Notes: generated by a model not told the origin, from the letters alone. Shown: positions 43,561 through 57,753, numbered from the stretch's first letter. The stretch: DNA of 64,000 bases from Octopus vulgaris (GCA_951406725.2 OX597819.1:111104001-111168000); one strand, 5' to 3'. Translations and numbers: made by a program.

Positions 43561-43599
43561 AAAGAAGAAAGGAAGAAAGAAAGAAAGAGAGAAAGCTAT

Positions 43600-43740
43600 A
43601 AAACATAAAACAGCGATAACAAAATGGCGGCTTTTCTGTAGAAAATTTTCCCGGCATGCAATATTCTCACTTGTAAGAAAAGCATCAAAGATAACGCTGA
43701 GTAGATTTTTCATATTTACTTCAAATTTTCATGAGGCGTT
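43600..43740 (+). promoter_or_regulatory. Candidate cis-regulatory island (YY1 and TCF/LEF motifs)
   Basis: CAAAATGGCGGC at 43620-43631 (full YY1 consensus) and CATCAAAG at 43683-43690, in unique-looking sequence between low-complexity tracts. Confidence 0.3.
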
Positions 43741-45211
43741 CTTCGTCTTGTTAGGTTGCTGCTCTGTGTTGGCTATTGATGTTGATGTTGCTATTGTAGT
43801 TGCTGTTGCTTTTTTTCTTATATTTGTCGTTGTTATTGCTGTTGTTGACGTAACTGTTGTTGATGTTGTTGAGGTTTGCTGTTGTAGTTGTTGCTCTCAT
43901 CGTTACTGATGCTGTTGGCACTAATAACTGGCTTTGTCATAATAGTTTTTGTTGTAATTTTTCCTTGTGTGACTACACACCCCTCTGGTTAATATCGTTG
44001 ATGTAGCGGCAGTAGTATTAGTAATAGTAGTAGTAGTAGTAGTAGTGGTAGTTGTTGTTGTTATGGATGCATCTTATACTAATGATGCTGTTAACGGCAT
44101 TCTTGTTGTTGTTTGTGAAATGTATTTATTTTACTGTAAACATTATTAGGGGAATCTGAAATATATATCAAAAATATCGAAGTGTAACAATCTTGAAATT
44201 TTAAGGAGTTTGATTGTTATTTATGCTGGTTGCCCGTTATTTATTCATTTATTTCCTTATTTTATTTCGGTGTAAGACAATGTTTTGCTTTTCTTGTGTT
44301 GTAGAATAGTGGTAAACTTGCATTGAATTTGAAGAGAGGTGTGTTGCATTGTGTTATGTTGCAAAAGCGCCTTGTCGTTGCATTGATTTATTGTCCCTCC
44401 CCTATATCAACCATCCTTGTTTCTTGCCGAAGTTATGTTAATTTTTCAACCCCGAGGCTACAACTTATTCAAACACTCCCAAGTTTGGTTTCTTAATAAT
44501 GTGTTTATAACAACAACAACAGTTTTAAAAATAAATCTTTATTCCTATTATAATTTAATTAACTATTTATTCGCTACACGGACACAAACGAATATAAAAC
44601 ACTTTTCACAAAGAAGTTACAAAATGTACGAAAATATACAAATATGTATGAATATACGTATGTATGTGTATACATACAAATAGAATTTTTTCCAGGAAAA
44701 TTAGACAGATAGATAAATAAAATAGATTCATACATACATACATACATACATTCATACATACATACATACATACATACATACATACATACATACATACATA
44801 CATACATACATACATCCATACATACATACATACATACATATATGCATACATCATTAAAATTTGGTGTACAAGAAGTACCTGTGGAGATGAATAATCTTCA
44901 GTGAGTGTAGCTTGCACTGCAGTAGCCACCACCTATTGATCCAAGACGACATTCGCCGGTGTGACATGAGAATTGACAAGACTGGGAACTTCCAAGGCCT
45001 CAGGTTTTATTTTGGAGATTTCCTTCTCCTAGTTACATTATCAACCAAGGTTAAAGAACTACTACCTGCACATACGGTAGGCTATCCTTTGTCAGATACA
45101 AACCGACACCCAAACGCTCCATAGAGTGATTAAATATAATTCTGGTGTCCAACGTGGGGGCAGTTCATACATACATTAAAAAGGTAAAAATATACATATA
45201 TATATATATAT

Positions 45212-45260
<49 letters not shown>

Positions 45261-45685
45261 CATAAAAGAATATAAAAAAACCCAAAACGATATATACATA
45301 CTTACACATATTTCTTGGATGGCCGTTGACTACTCAGACGCCACACAGGGTGTCCAACAATCACCAACCTCACCAAGCAAACCTGGTGGGGTTGCCAGTT
45401 TAGTTGCCGACGACTCGACCATGCAACAGGTTGTACTTGACTACATGTTACCAGTAACACACATACATACATACATACATACATACATACATACATACGT
45501 ACATACATACATTCATACATACATATATACATACATACATACCCTATTGCTGATGTTGGAATTCTAATGAAGGAACCTTGGATCTAGGTTAGAAACAGGC
45601 TCTTTCTCTATTGGCAAGAAATCTTGAAATAAACCTGAATAATGACATACATACGTACATATATATGCATGAAGATATGTATATA

Positions 45686-45840
45686 CAGTACCGTACAAAA
45701 GTTTTCGGCCACTTCAACCTATTGTAAATTTCTATTAATTGCCAATTTATAAGTGGATGTTTGGCATTGCGTTTTTTACAGATGAAACATTGGCCCTGTT
45801 GGAGATATTTCAATACTTAATCATCGTATTTTGTAGTGGG
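45686..45840 (+). mobile_element. Possible Tc1-like terminus
   Basis: TA-cagtaccgtacaaaagttttcggccac resembles Tc1 TIR starts. No partner TIR was found. Confidence 0.4.
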
Positions 45841-45929
45841 GGCTCTATTATTGTTTATAAAACACTATAAACAATAATAAAATAATAAAAATGGAGAAGA
45901 GATGTTAAAAGTACAAAATAGAATTTAAT

Positions 45930-46032
45930 ATCCACATACGACCGTTTCAAAGGGCAATACAAATATTTAAGAGAAAACATTAATTATGATAACAATAATT
46001 AAAGCTATACTTCACCATTCTTGTCAATGTAG
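45930..46032 (-). ncRNA. Degenerate hammerhead motif with long stem II
   Basis: Minus strand reads tctaca-tTGACaA-...-GAAA-c-ggtc-GTA-tgtgga. Stem I is 6 bp, and the core differs from CTGACGA by two transitions. Confidence 0.4.
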
Positions 46033-46747
46033 AAACATTTAAAGAAAACATCAAAAACTGTAATAGCAAAAAAATCTAGAAGGAAAACAAATATAAAAGG
46101 TACCATCATTTTGTTAAAAATATTGGCACACTAGAATACTTACCAATATAGCTAAAGTTTTATGCAAAGTAGAACAGTATATATGGTAGGCAAATTCATT
46201 ATGTAAAAAATAGACATTGGGTCAAGAATAAAAATGTGAAGACTTGGCAATAACTTTGGTAATAATAACTCAAGCAAATTTTACAATGGATTTGTTGTTA
46301 CAGGTAGATTTTAATGTAATATATAACTAATTTTTGTATTATTCTATTTATTGTACAATGTACTACTATTATTTTTAATAACCTATTTTCAAATTTCTAA
46401 TTATTAATTGATACTAAAAAAAAGGAATTTTTTAAAGTGGAAAAATATTTTAATTGAGTTACTTTTTTAAATTTTTAATAGAAGTAACAAGTAATAAGAA
46501 ATAGAAGTAATAACTTGTAATAAGATATTTAGTTTTAATAAAAGCTAATATTTTCTAAATCTAAATATTTTACTTGAGATTTTATCCTTAGTTACAATAT
46601 TTTAAGTAAAAATATTTTCTTGTTCTGTACTTTACCAGATGTAATAAGTTGTCCTGAACTTGTCCAAATGTAACAACTTGTCTTGTACTTTTCCAGGTTT
46701 ATAACCTTGAGAATATTATTTCTCTTGCTCGCATTTTTCCATGTATG

Positions 46748-46813
<66 letters not shown>

Positions 46814-46956
46814 CAGAATATATGAAGGATCCACTCGAGTGGATGCAAGCACTAATATATGATTTATAAAAACATGTGACATATTAATAAAAATCTGTAA
46901 ATATAAAACCATCCAGATTTCTGAGTACCTTATTTCTTCTGATATATATATACACT

Positions 46957-47162
46957 TTTACTCTTTTTACTTGTTTCAGTCACGTGACTGTGGCCATGCT
47001 GGAGCACCGCCTTTAGTCGAGCAAATCAACCCCAGGACTTATTCTTTGTAAGCGTAGTACTTATTCTATCGGTCTCTTTTGCCGAACCGCTAAGTTACGG
47101 GGACGCAAACACACCACCATCGGTTGTCAAGCGATGTTGTGGGGACAAACACAGACACACAA

Positions 47163-47237
<75 letters not shown>

Positions 47238-47385
47238 CGACGGGGTACTTTCAGTTTCCGTCTACCAAATCCACTTACAAGGCTTTGGTCGGCTCTAGGC
47301 TTTGGTAGAAGACACTTGCCCAAGGTGCCACGTAGTGGGACAGAACCCGGAACCATGTGGTTCGTAAGCAAGCTACTTGCCACAG
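46957..47385 (-). mobile_element. SINE family A, near full length
   Basis: Reverse complement of family A. Confidence 0.9.
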
Positions 47386-47964
47386 AGAGAGAAAGAGAGC
47401 TAGCTAGATAGATATAGATATAGATACATATATATATTTTATATATAAATATGTATGCATATGTATGTATGTATAACTGTCATAACCTCAGACACAAATA
47501 CACATTACCAAAGAAATTATGGCAGTCATTAAAATAGAGGCCAAAACAAAATCAAAAGAGAAAATATGAAACATACACATAAATAAAGTAGAACTGCTTC
47601 AACCACCCCACCATTTCTTCTTTCTCAAAAATTCTCCATCGATCTCCTTCAGTTTCTTACCTTTTATACACAACCTCATTTTCATCTTGACGTTTCTGTA
47701 AATCATATTTTCTTATGTTTGATCTTTGCAGCCACTAAACTTGGAAGGAATATTTTCATTTGTTGTTAGCGTGGTTTAAATTAATTAAACAGATTTGCCG
47801 GCTCCATTACACTATATGTGTATATGAATGTATATATACATAGTTCAAAATATACGATACATACTTACGTATACCAATATACCTTTACTGTAGACAGTCT
47901 CATTAATTACCCAATCAATGAAATATTTTATATCTGCATGTATACATATATGTATATAAATATG

Positions 47965-48120
47965 CGTGTTTGTGTGTATGTGTGTATAATATGTGTGAGT
48001 AATAATATGTGTGTATGTGTATATATATTTATAGTATGTGTAATAATATGTGTGTATGTGTATATATATTTATAATAATGTGTAATAATATGTGTGTATG
48101 TGTATATATATTTATAATAT
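47965..48120. repeat. Minisatellite, ~40-bp unit, 3-4 copies
   Basis: taataatatgtgtgtatgtgtatatatatttata recurs in tandem. Confidence 0.7.
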
Positions 48121-48170
48121 ATATGTATATGTATATAGACACACATACACGCACACACACTTATATATAA

Positions 48171-48455
48171 CACAGGGTAAGTGAGTTATTTGAGGACATG
48201 TTTGATACTCTAATAGAACAACATTTATCTATCAAAATGCAAAGGATAAAATTTGTACACATACTCTTTTTACTATTTTACTTGTTTCAGTCATTTGATT
48301 GTGGCCATGCTGGAGCACCGCCTTTAATCGAGCAAATAGACTACTACTTATTCTGTCGGACTCTTTTGCCAAATCGGTTAGTTACAGGGACTTAAACACA
48401 CCAGCATCGGTTGTCAAGCGAAGTTGGGGTGACAAACACAGACACATAAACATAT

Positions 48456-48500
<45 letters not shown>

Positions 48501-48680
48501 CATGCATATACATATATACGACGGGCTTCTTTCAGTTTCCGTCTACCAAATCCTTTCACAAGGTACCATTGAAATACTTGTAATAAATGATACTTATTTA
48601 ATTCTGACATCACTTGGACAATGGCAACCTTTATTGAAGTTATGGTACTCTCAACTATTCTCCTTTTCATCAACGCTTCT
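48171..48680 (-). mobile_element. 3' fragment of a related maT-like element, interrupted by a SINE
   Basis: TIR-like cagggtaagtgagttatttgaggacat resembles the TIR at 50321. The minus strand TITSIKVAIVQVMSELNKYHLLQ resembles the C-terminus of the 50321 element. Confidence 0.6.
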
Positions 48681-48689
48681 AACAAAACT

Positions 48690-49107
48690 TGTGGATGATT
48701 TTGTAAGCAGAACCATGACTAATTTGCAGAGAACACGCCAATTCATCGATGGTCACTTGTCAGTTCGCCACAAACATCGCTGGACCTTGTTCAATCTTCA
48801 CGTCATTGGTGGAGGTTGAAGGAGTCCTGCTCCCTCTTTGTGCTTCACGCTTGCCCGGTCATTTCTAAATTCTCAACCCATTCATACATACTTCTACGCA
48901 GTAGAGATCTGTCCCCGTACTATACTAAAAGCCTGCGAGGAATTTCAGATCTGGACACACCTTCTGATCAGAGAAATCAGATCACTGAACCGTGTTCTTT
49001 CTTGGTGTACTCTGCCAATCGAGTGGCCATGTTTATTCTGCAACACAAGAAAGAAAATTGGAGCGATTAATGTCAAACTTCGGTTAAGTAACCCCCAAGA
49101 GTACCCC
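48690..49107 (-). mobile_element. Mariner (irritans-like) transposase N-terminal fragment
   Basis: Minus strand from ATG 49030 reads MATRLAEYTKKEHGSVI*FL*SEGV...SEI...YGD...MYEWVE...VTIDELACSLQISHGSAYKIIH. Confidence 0.75.
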
Positions 49108-50056
49108 TTTTAGTATGAGAGCGATGAATGCAGTGCGGCTAAACTAAAGAAAGTTTTAACGAAAATGCAGGTTATTTGTGACTTCCTCTTGTATATGAGA
49201 CTCGTGTCTAAATACCATAAAACATTTTGTCCACGCCCTAACGATTCTACCCACCAGAGTGTGATTTCGTTTCCTGAACTAGGCGATGTGTTGTGTTGTT
49301 GAGCAAAACATTTCATTTCACGTTGCACCAGTTCATTTAGCTGGTAAAAATGAGTCATCTCGTGACAGACCGGTATCCCGTCCACGGACGATTATATACA
49401 CAATAGAAACCGAGTAACAGGCACTATGTGCATTACAGAGGGATGTGGCCTCACCAGCTGCCCGTAACAACAGATAATAGTATAAAGAAACAACTTGTGC
49501 ATCATGTGCACCTAAATTAAGTACAAGTTATGCACTGCAGTCGATGTAATCGACTTTATCCCTTTGACTGTCATTGTTTGTCCCCTCTATGTTTAGCCCC
49601 TTGTGGGCAATAAAGAAATAAGAAAGTATATCAGTATCCCAGATATAGGAGCAGAACGTAAAGTGATTGCAGCTAAAATATTTGCTGTTACGAGAAAGCT
49701 AATTCTCTTATGCAGGCCACAATGTTTGTGCGTATAGCAGCATCAATACGGAAGCAATACCGCAATATAGATCGTATTTCTGATTCACAGAGAGTCACCA
49801 ACAGAACAGAGCTGAACAATGTTCTGGTTCAGGAGAAGCAATTATCTGAACACTATGTATTATAAAAATATATATACGTATTGAATCGAGGTAAAAAATA
49901 AAATTGAACCAACATATGTTTTAATGTTTAATTTGTGTAGAACAAAAAAAATCGATATACATTTGTCAATCGATAGACAATTGTCAATATTGTGTGGCAG
50001 TTATTTTTCATGATTATGTGTTAAGAACAAAATAAAACATATGTATGAAGAATCTA

Positions 50057-50108
<52 letters not shown>

Positions 50109-50169
50109 GTATATATACATATATATATATATGTATGTATATATATATGTATATATATATATATATGTA

Positions 50170-50320
<151 letters not shown>

Positions 50321-51566
50321 CAGGGTGCTTAAGGTATTTGAGGACATACATTTTGGGAGTATTTGATGCATTTTTAATAACTCTGTATAATCTTTGTTTC
50401 AGAAAATAATAATGGCAGACCCTCAGCTTACTCAAGAAATGAAGCGGCATGCTGTTATTGTGGTTATAAAGGCTGAACATAACGATTTAGAAATATCTCG
50501 ATTTTTAAAAGTTGCCTGATCTTTCGTCTAAAAAGTTTGTAAGGAATAAGAGACTGAGGATGGATAGGTATCACCAGTATCAAAGCATAAAAAACATTCT
50601 AAACGCACTGAAATAATCAGAACACCTGAATTTATCCAGCAAGTTCAACAGACTAATGATTACAATTCCAGAAAGTCCATGTGGTCAATTGCAAAAGATC
50701 TCCATGTGTCAGAAAGAACAGTTAGAAATGTTGTCCACAAAGACATCAGATATAAATCTTATATGATGAGGAAAGGTCAATTTGTTAGAAAAAGCAAAAG
50801 AAAATCACTACAGTAGGTCTAAAAGGCTCTTAAACAAACTGAAAAATCCAACAGAAGATTTGATTTGTTTTTTCTCAAACGAGAAAAATTTCAACCGAGA
50901 TCAAAAAGTTAACAGTAGTATGATAAATGGTTACGTGCAGACCATTCTTGAGTTTCAAGTGTTATGCAGGCAAAATTTCCTGCAACTGTCATGGTTTTAG
51001 CAATGAAGAACATATGATACTGCCTTACTTCTTTCTACAAGGCCTTAGAGTTAATTCTGCCACCTACATTGAGGCCCTGGAAATACTTGTGAGGCCTGGA
51101 TACACAGTGTAAGCAATGGAAGGACATACGTGTTTCAGTAAGACTCTGCACTATCACATATGGCTCTAATAACAAAAGAATGGATAGCTGAAAATTTTCA
51201 TGATCACACAACCCCTAATATTTGGCTTCCTAATTCCTCAGATCTCAATCCATTGGACTATTACATTTGGAGCGTTGATGAGAACATGTACATAACACCA
51301 GATATACTATGAAAGCTGCCATAGTCAGAGTAAAGTCCAAATTGAACCAGGACCTCTTCATTCAAGCATTCAGATGACTTAGATCTCATATAGAAGCAGT
51401 TGTTGAAGCTGAGGGTAACTTTGTGGAATAACTTGTTGAATAACATTACAGAAAAGATTTCTCTTTATCCTCATAGCATTTTTTGATATATAAAGTTATT
51501 ATATATCTGGGTTTTTTTTTGTTTTATAAACATAAATCTGTCCTCAAATATCTTACGGACCCTATG
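50321..51566 (+). mobile_element. DD37D (maT) Tc1/mariner element, full-length fossil
   Basis: TIRs cagggtgcttaaggtatttgaggaca / tgtcctcaaatatcttacggacccta and ATG at 50412. Motifs FSNEKNF and VFQ*DSA...WLPNSSDLNPLDYYIW give 37 residues between the second and third D. Confidence 0.92.
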
Positions 51567-51603
51567 TATATATTTATCTCTCTATATATACACAGACACA
51601 TAC

Positions 51604-51732
<129 letters not shown>

Positions 51733-52074
51733 CATATATACGTACATATATGCATGCATATATATATGTTTATACATATATATACACACACATATATATG
51801 TATATGTATATTGCATTTATGTATAAATTATTGTAATCAGAAGAAACTTCTTTTATCGTAATTTTGAGTTTGACTCTACCGATTATTCAAATTATTACCA
51901 AACGAAATAACGTGACGCAGTGTAAGCAAAAATATTCGTGAACACATTATAATACACTTACTCAGCTATACAGAGAGATTTGATTTGTAGGTGAACAAAT
52001 CGCTTAAATTTACGTTATGATTTTGCATCTGAGTAGTTCACTACGTCACACTTCCAAATCGCACTTCATAACTC

Positions 52075-52340
52075 TGCAGTCAAGTTGCAATATCAATTTA
52101 TTCACTAAGTTTTACGTGTTTACACTTTTATCGTCTTCAAATTATTCTCCATCTAAAGCAATGTATCAGTTCAGGGGCGTTTTCCACTATTCGAAGCAGT
52201 GCTGGAACTCTTTCGAAGTGATGCCTTTTAACGCCTCCGTCGTATTTTCTTTTTCTTCACCTGTTCTACATCTGCAACTTCCGTAACACCAGTGTTTGTC
52301 ACCAGTGATGACGTTCGAAAAAAGGTCCGTATCTGATTAT
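52075..52340 (-). mobile_element. Mariner transposase fragment (internally deleted)
   Basis: Minus strand DLFSNVITG is joined to TTEALKGITSKEFQHCFE*WK...DGE*FE. Confidence 0.7.
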
Positions 52341-52529
52341 AACAAGTTATATATATATATATATATACTCTTTTACTCTATTTATATATATACACTCCTT
52401 TACTCTTTTACTTGTTTCAGTCATTTGACTGTGGCCATGCTGGAACACCGCCTTTAGTAGTCGAGCACACCGACCCCAGGACTTATTCTTTGTAAGCCTA
52501 GTACTTATTTTATCGGTCTAGAATGCGAG

Positions 52530-52797
52530 AGGGTAATGTAAAAGTGTTACCACTGGTGATCGGAGCGTTGGGCACAATTCCATTGAAACTTCAAGACTTC
52601 TTAAGGCAACTGAAATCCCGTGCAAGATTGATGTCTTGCAAAAAAGCAGTCTTATTGGGCACATCGCACATCTTAAGGAAAGTATTATCTGCCTGAGGTC
52701 CTTGTTCTGACTTGACAGATGACTAAAGACTCCGGTGAATTTTTACCTACAATGTGTGGCGAAGGAAAAACAACAACAACAACAATAATGATAATAA
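52530..52797 (+). mobile_element. 3' end of R4/Dong-type RLE non-LTR retrotransposon with (AAC/AAT)n tail
   Basis: Translates as NVKVLPLVIGALGTIP...LQK/AVLLGTSHILRKVLSA*, followed by a short 3' UTR and a trinucleotide tail. Confidence 0.88.
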
Positions 52798-53345
52798 ATG
52801 ACCTGATGCAATACAAGGCAGTGGCTCTCATGGCTTCCGATCTTAACTGATTGGAAGTGTTATCATGTTGTCTTGGTCTTGTCAGTTGTTTGACCTTAAC
52901 CATTTGTGGCATGTTGCAGATGTGGAACAGGTGAAGAAAAATGGTTGACGATATGTGCACCTCTGACCACGCGCAGAAGTAGTGGGGGAGCATCATATCC
53001 AAGGGCTGAGAAGAATTGTTTGGGGTTTGAATAATTCACTTCTGGAAATATGGGTGTGTTTCGTTCATCATCCTTAAACAAACCTTATCCAGGGACCTTT
53101 TCAAGAAGATGGGCTACTCGACTTGAAGAAAATTCTGAGTCCCAACAGAAAAGTCATGCGCTGTTTATCTTGGTATAAGATCCTCATATCACATACATGG
53201 TTGTGATGCATGTGTTGTGATGCATATGCTTGGTGTACCCTTATCAGACGGGTGGTCATGGTGTGTATATTGGACTTTGTATATTTGTACCCGAATGTCA
53301 GTTTGATGGCATGAGTTGCTCTCTCACTCAACAACAACAATAATA
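52798..53345 (+). mobile_element. Non-coding interspersed repeat ending in ctcactc(AAT/AAC)n
   Basis: Homologous in reverse orientation to 2503-2935, sharing ggggagcatcat, ctactcgac, tgtacccttatc and gtatatttgtaccc. Confidence 0.75.
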
Positions 53346-53467
53346 ATGGTTTCAAATTTTAGCACAAGGCCAGCAAGTTTGGAGTGACAGTAAGTCAATT
53401 ACATCAACCCCAGTGCTCAACTGCTACTTATTTTATAGACTCCGAAAGGATGAATGGCAAAGTAGTA

Positions 53468-53548
<81 letters not shown>

Positions 53549-54492
53549 TTAATAATAATAATAATGGTCATCATAATCTTTTAAATCATTGTCGTGATCT
53601 TCATCATCAGCAGCCGTCATAATCATGATCTTCATCTTCATCAGCATCCTCACTATTAGCGCTGCCGTTATCATCAAGGGCGTCCTTCTCTTTCAAGACA
53701 GTTGGGAAATGATTTGAGGTAAAAACAGATTATTAGTTCGAGCCTCAGATCATGCGAGGAAATGGGATCTTCTGTAACAACGATTTAATTAATTAATTAA
53801 TTTATTTATTTATTGAATGATCGTTATTTTCCTTCCTACTATTACTATCGTTGTTCTTTTTGTTGTTGTTAATGTTGTTATGATTATTACCATTATCATT
53901 ATCATTGTTATTTTGTTATGATAGAACAAAATTGTAATTTTCTTTTGATGCCAGCTAAAATATGCTAAACATATTGTAGTATTGGTCCATTGTTGTCAAA
54001 ATGTGGTTAGTGACGCCACATAGCTAGCTTACTCTCATTGATGAGGTTAATTCACGTCTGAAAAGTTGAACATACACAATTCTGTAATTAAGAAATACAC
54101 AACAAAACACAACAAAATATTGTAGGTCTGAAAGTTCAGTAAAATAGGATATACATTAATAAACAATTTCAGATGAAAAAAAAAAATGTGATGCAAACGA
54201 TATTGTGGTCAAATAAATATCACAAATTTGTTCAGGTCGTTCAGTACAATACTGAGGGGGTTTTTTTAATATGAAATGATGAAACGAATTGTGGTTTCGT
54301 AGAGGGAATCAAAGAAGTAGCGGATCGCTTGACATAATGACTTATGATGGTATTTAGTCATGGCCATTTGTGTTCTCTGGGATCAGATCCCGTCGAGGTC
54401 AATTTTGCTTTTCATCTTTCCTGGTTTCGTTTAATTAAAGCATCATTCAAATATTTGATTCAGTATAATTGGTGATAATCCACTGTAATATA

Positions 54493-54549
<57 letters not shown>

Positions 54550-54567
54550 ATATATACATATATATAC

Positions 54568-54632
<65 letters not shown>

Positions 54633-54656
54633 TATATACAAATGTGTACGTACGCA

Positions 54657-54699
<43 letters not shown>

Positions 54700-54701
<2 letters not shown>

Positions 54702-54945
54702 AAATGAGACAAGAACGCAAAACATCCGGACAGTTAGGTGATACAAAAATGGGACAACAATACATCCAGATAGACGATACAAAGAAAACACGGACTGGTC
54801 ATTCGAAGTTTTCTTTCCTCAGTCAAGTAACAGATTATCTTCGCAATTTCGGCTGATTATACTTGCGATTACTCCAATCTGGCCAGCCCCAAGGAAAAAC
54901 GAAGCTAAGAGCTTTAGATTCCTTGGAAGAAAGCAGCAAATTTAT

Positions 54946-54950
<5 letters not shown>
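54700..54950. repeat. Unclassified ~220-250-bp interspersed repeat embedded in (TA)n; inverted second copy at about 59325-59532
   Basis: Shared in opposite orientation: ccaatctggc, cagattatct, tcctcagtc, gacgatac, gggacaacaa. Confidence 0.75.
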
Positions 54951-54991
<41 letters not shown>

Positions 54992-54997
54992 TGCTGA

Positions 54998-55335
54998 AGG
55001 CACCTGGCTTGGTGGTTGGTTAGGGTATTCAGGTCACGATCGTGAGGTCGTCAGTTCAATTCCCGGCAACAAGTTGTGTCCTTGAGCAAGACACTTTATT
55101 TCTTGTTGCTCCGGTCTACTCAGCTGGCAAAAATGAGTAGTACCTGTATTTCAAAGGGCCTTGTCGTACTCTGTGTCACGCTGAATCTCCTGGAGAACTA
55201 CGCTAAAGGTATACGTGTCTGTAGAGTGCTCAGCAACTTGCACGTTAATTTCACAAGCGGGCTTCTCCCTTGATCGGATGAACTGGAACCCTTGTCCTCG
55301 TAACAGATGGAGTGCCAGTAATAGTAGTAGTAGTA
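54998..55335 (+). mobile_element. tRNA-derived SINE family C, representative
   Basis: tRNA-like head with B box AGTTCAATTCC, central ttgtgtccttgagcaagacactt and a (TAG)n tail. Related pieces: 23715-23800 -, 25880-26085 -, 30480-30620 -, 35220-35352 -, 37545-37620 -, 41362-41690 +, 49255-49400 +, 55490-55565 +. Confidence 0.8.
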
Positions 55336-56452
55336 GTTGTATATATGTTTATATATATATGTATTTGTGTTGTGTGTGTGTGTGTGTGTGCGTGTGTATA
55401 TATGTGTATGTATATATACATATATGTGCATATATGTATATACACGTTTATGCATATGTATATATATAGGTGTGTGTGTGTGTGCGTGTATGTGGAGTGC
55501 TCAGCCACTTGCACGTTAATTTCACGAGTAGGCTGTTCCTTTGATCGGATCAACTGGAACCCTAGTAACAGTAAATATATATATATGCGTGTGTATACCT
55601 AAGACAATCTTGAAATAGTTACACTACTGTATTAAAGCTTTGCTCTGAAATTCTGAACAGATCTAAATCCATGCTATTACTCTCTTCATACGCAGAAAAA
55701 TTAATTCGATTGTCTTGACATGCAGCACAGTTCACTGAACGTTCATCAGGCTGCAATCACACCCTCATCCTTCGGCTCGCTAAGTAAACAATATTACAAT
55801 TGCTATTTGAAACGTATTATAAATCAGAACTTAGCTATAATGGCTGCACCAATTTACATTCCATACATTTGTTGAAGTCGTGATTGAATAATGTATAAAT
55901 AGTTGTGTACACCACAACTTGTAGTGCATACAGGGATAAAACTAAGATAAAGTTTAAAGAATAAAATTAAAAATATATATCATGTATACACAATTGAGGC
56001 AACGATTTATGTATCAAATTTGATGTTTACATACTGTCCATTGGGCACTTACTGCGGTATTTGTCCAAAGATGACGTTTGTTAAGGACTTGCAATAAGTA
56101 TCCGAAGGAGACAAAACTTCGTCCCAATAGCTCCCAGCGAGACCTCCAAATACATTTCGGCCCTTAGAGATTTTTCAATGGCTAGTACACGGATTCGATT
56201 TTAGCTTGGGTAGTTTTCACTCAAATCAATGAATGATTTATTTTTTGTATCGTAATGAATATTCGGGAGAAATCATGTGTATTTCAATAAAAAGGATTCT
56301 TAGGAAAGTTTCTCTGAGATATTAGGTATTTTAACCTAATGATGTTTGAAGCGAGCATATTCAATTCTGACCAAGACAAATTTCTCAAAAATCAATGTAC
56401 ATCCCTTTCGAACGTATTTTTTTCGGACTACTTCAAAATATCCAGTGTCATT

Positions 56453-56494
56453 CGTCACTGAGGAGACGAAATCACGTCAAAACTTTGTGTGACG
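56453..56494 (+). ncRNA. Degenerate minimal hammerhead motif
   Basis: Reads cgtca-CTGAGGA-gacg(aaatca)cgtc-aAAA-cttt-GTg-tgacg. Stems I and II are perfect, GAAA>AAAA occurs at a CpG, and the cleavage triplet is non-canonical. Confidence 0.5.
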
Positions 56495-56537
56495 TTAAGT
56501 CAACAAAACTCTGAAAGATTTTCCGAGATAAAATATT

Positions 56538-56749
56538 CTTTTATACTCTAGGCGCAAGGCCCGAAATTTTGGGGGAGGGAGCCAGTTGATTAGATCGACC
56601 CCAGTATACAACTGATACTTAATTTATCGATCCCGAAAGGATGAAAGCCAAAGTCGACCTCGGCGGAATTTGAACTCAGGACGTAAAGACAGATGAAATA
56701 CCGCTAGGCATTTCGCCCGGCGCGGTAACGATTCTGCTAGCTCACCGCA
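56538..56749 (-). mobile_element. SINE family B monomer with 18-bp TSD
   Basis: tttccgagataaaatatt at 56520-56537 and 56750-56767. Confidence 0.9.
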
Positions 56750-57580
56750 TTTCCGAGATAAAATATTATAGCTAGAATCTATCTATATTTTTATCACCAT
56801 TACAAATATGTATATCGTTTTCTTTTTAATACTTATTATTGTATTATTGAAGGCGGTGAGCCGGCTCAATCGCTAGCACACCGGGCAAGATATTTGGGGA
56901 CATTTCGTTCGTCCTTACATTCTAAATTTAAGGTACCCCGTATTCAACTTTGCCTTTCACACTTCTGGGGTCAATAAAATAAGAATCAGTTGAGCAATGG
57001 GGGTCGATTTAATCGATTTATCCCCTCCTCCGAAATTAGTGCCCTTGTGTCAGAATTTGAAACCAATATATGTAACAGCTCTTAAGCATATTTTGTAAAC
57101 CTTCAAACAGATGTATATGCATTTTACTATACGCTTCATATGAAAAGGAATGAAAAATATTATACTGACATGTTCCCTGATTCATTGCCCTTTCATCAGC
57201 AGGAAACTACTCCCTAATCTTTCTTCCCACGGAGAGAAATAAAAAGCAATTGCTATTTAAATTAAATTTAAAACAGGCTTTAACTGTTATAGCTATACTC
57301 ATCTGCAGGTATTTAACCACGCCACAAAGGCACAGTGTACACTCAGTGATTTTTTATTGTATGGAAATGAAGTGATGGTGTATTGACTTAAACGATTTTT
57401 AACGTAAGGTAATCCTGAGCATTTTTATAGCATTCACCTGGCGAAAATTTAAGTAGTTAAAATGTCTGTCCTATAAAATGTATATGATAATAAAACTATT
57501 TTGCTTTGTATCGAATTATATCCATTTCTATATTGACTCAGATTGTTGCTCACACACACACACGTGTGTGTGTATATAAC

Positions 57581-57624
<44 letters not shown>

Positions 57625-57699
57625 GTGTGTGTGTGTATGTGTATGTATATATATATATATCGTATATGCATACATACACATACATAAATACTTACACAC

Positions 57700-57753
<54 letters not shown>

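Noticed and set aside
45560-45605. CTAATGA-agg-aacct/aggtt-aGAAAc motif
   Set aside because: Stem II is present but the core is altered and no GUH or stem I is evident. Not counted as a hammerhead, though it may be a decayed one.
55720-55755. Minus-strand gcagc-CTGATGA...GAAc-tgt-gctgc, plus other isolated CTGATGA hits near 333, 993 and 57194
   Set aside because: They lack the GAAA and NUH geometry and are compatible with chance.
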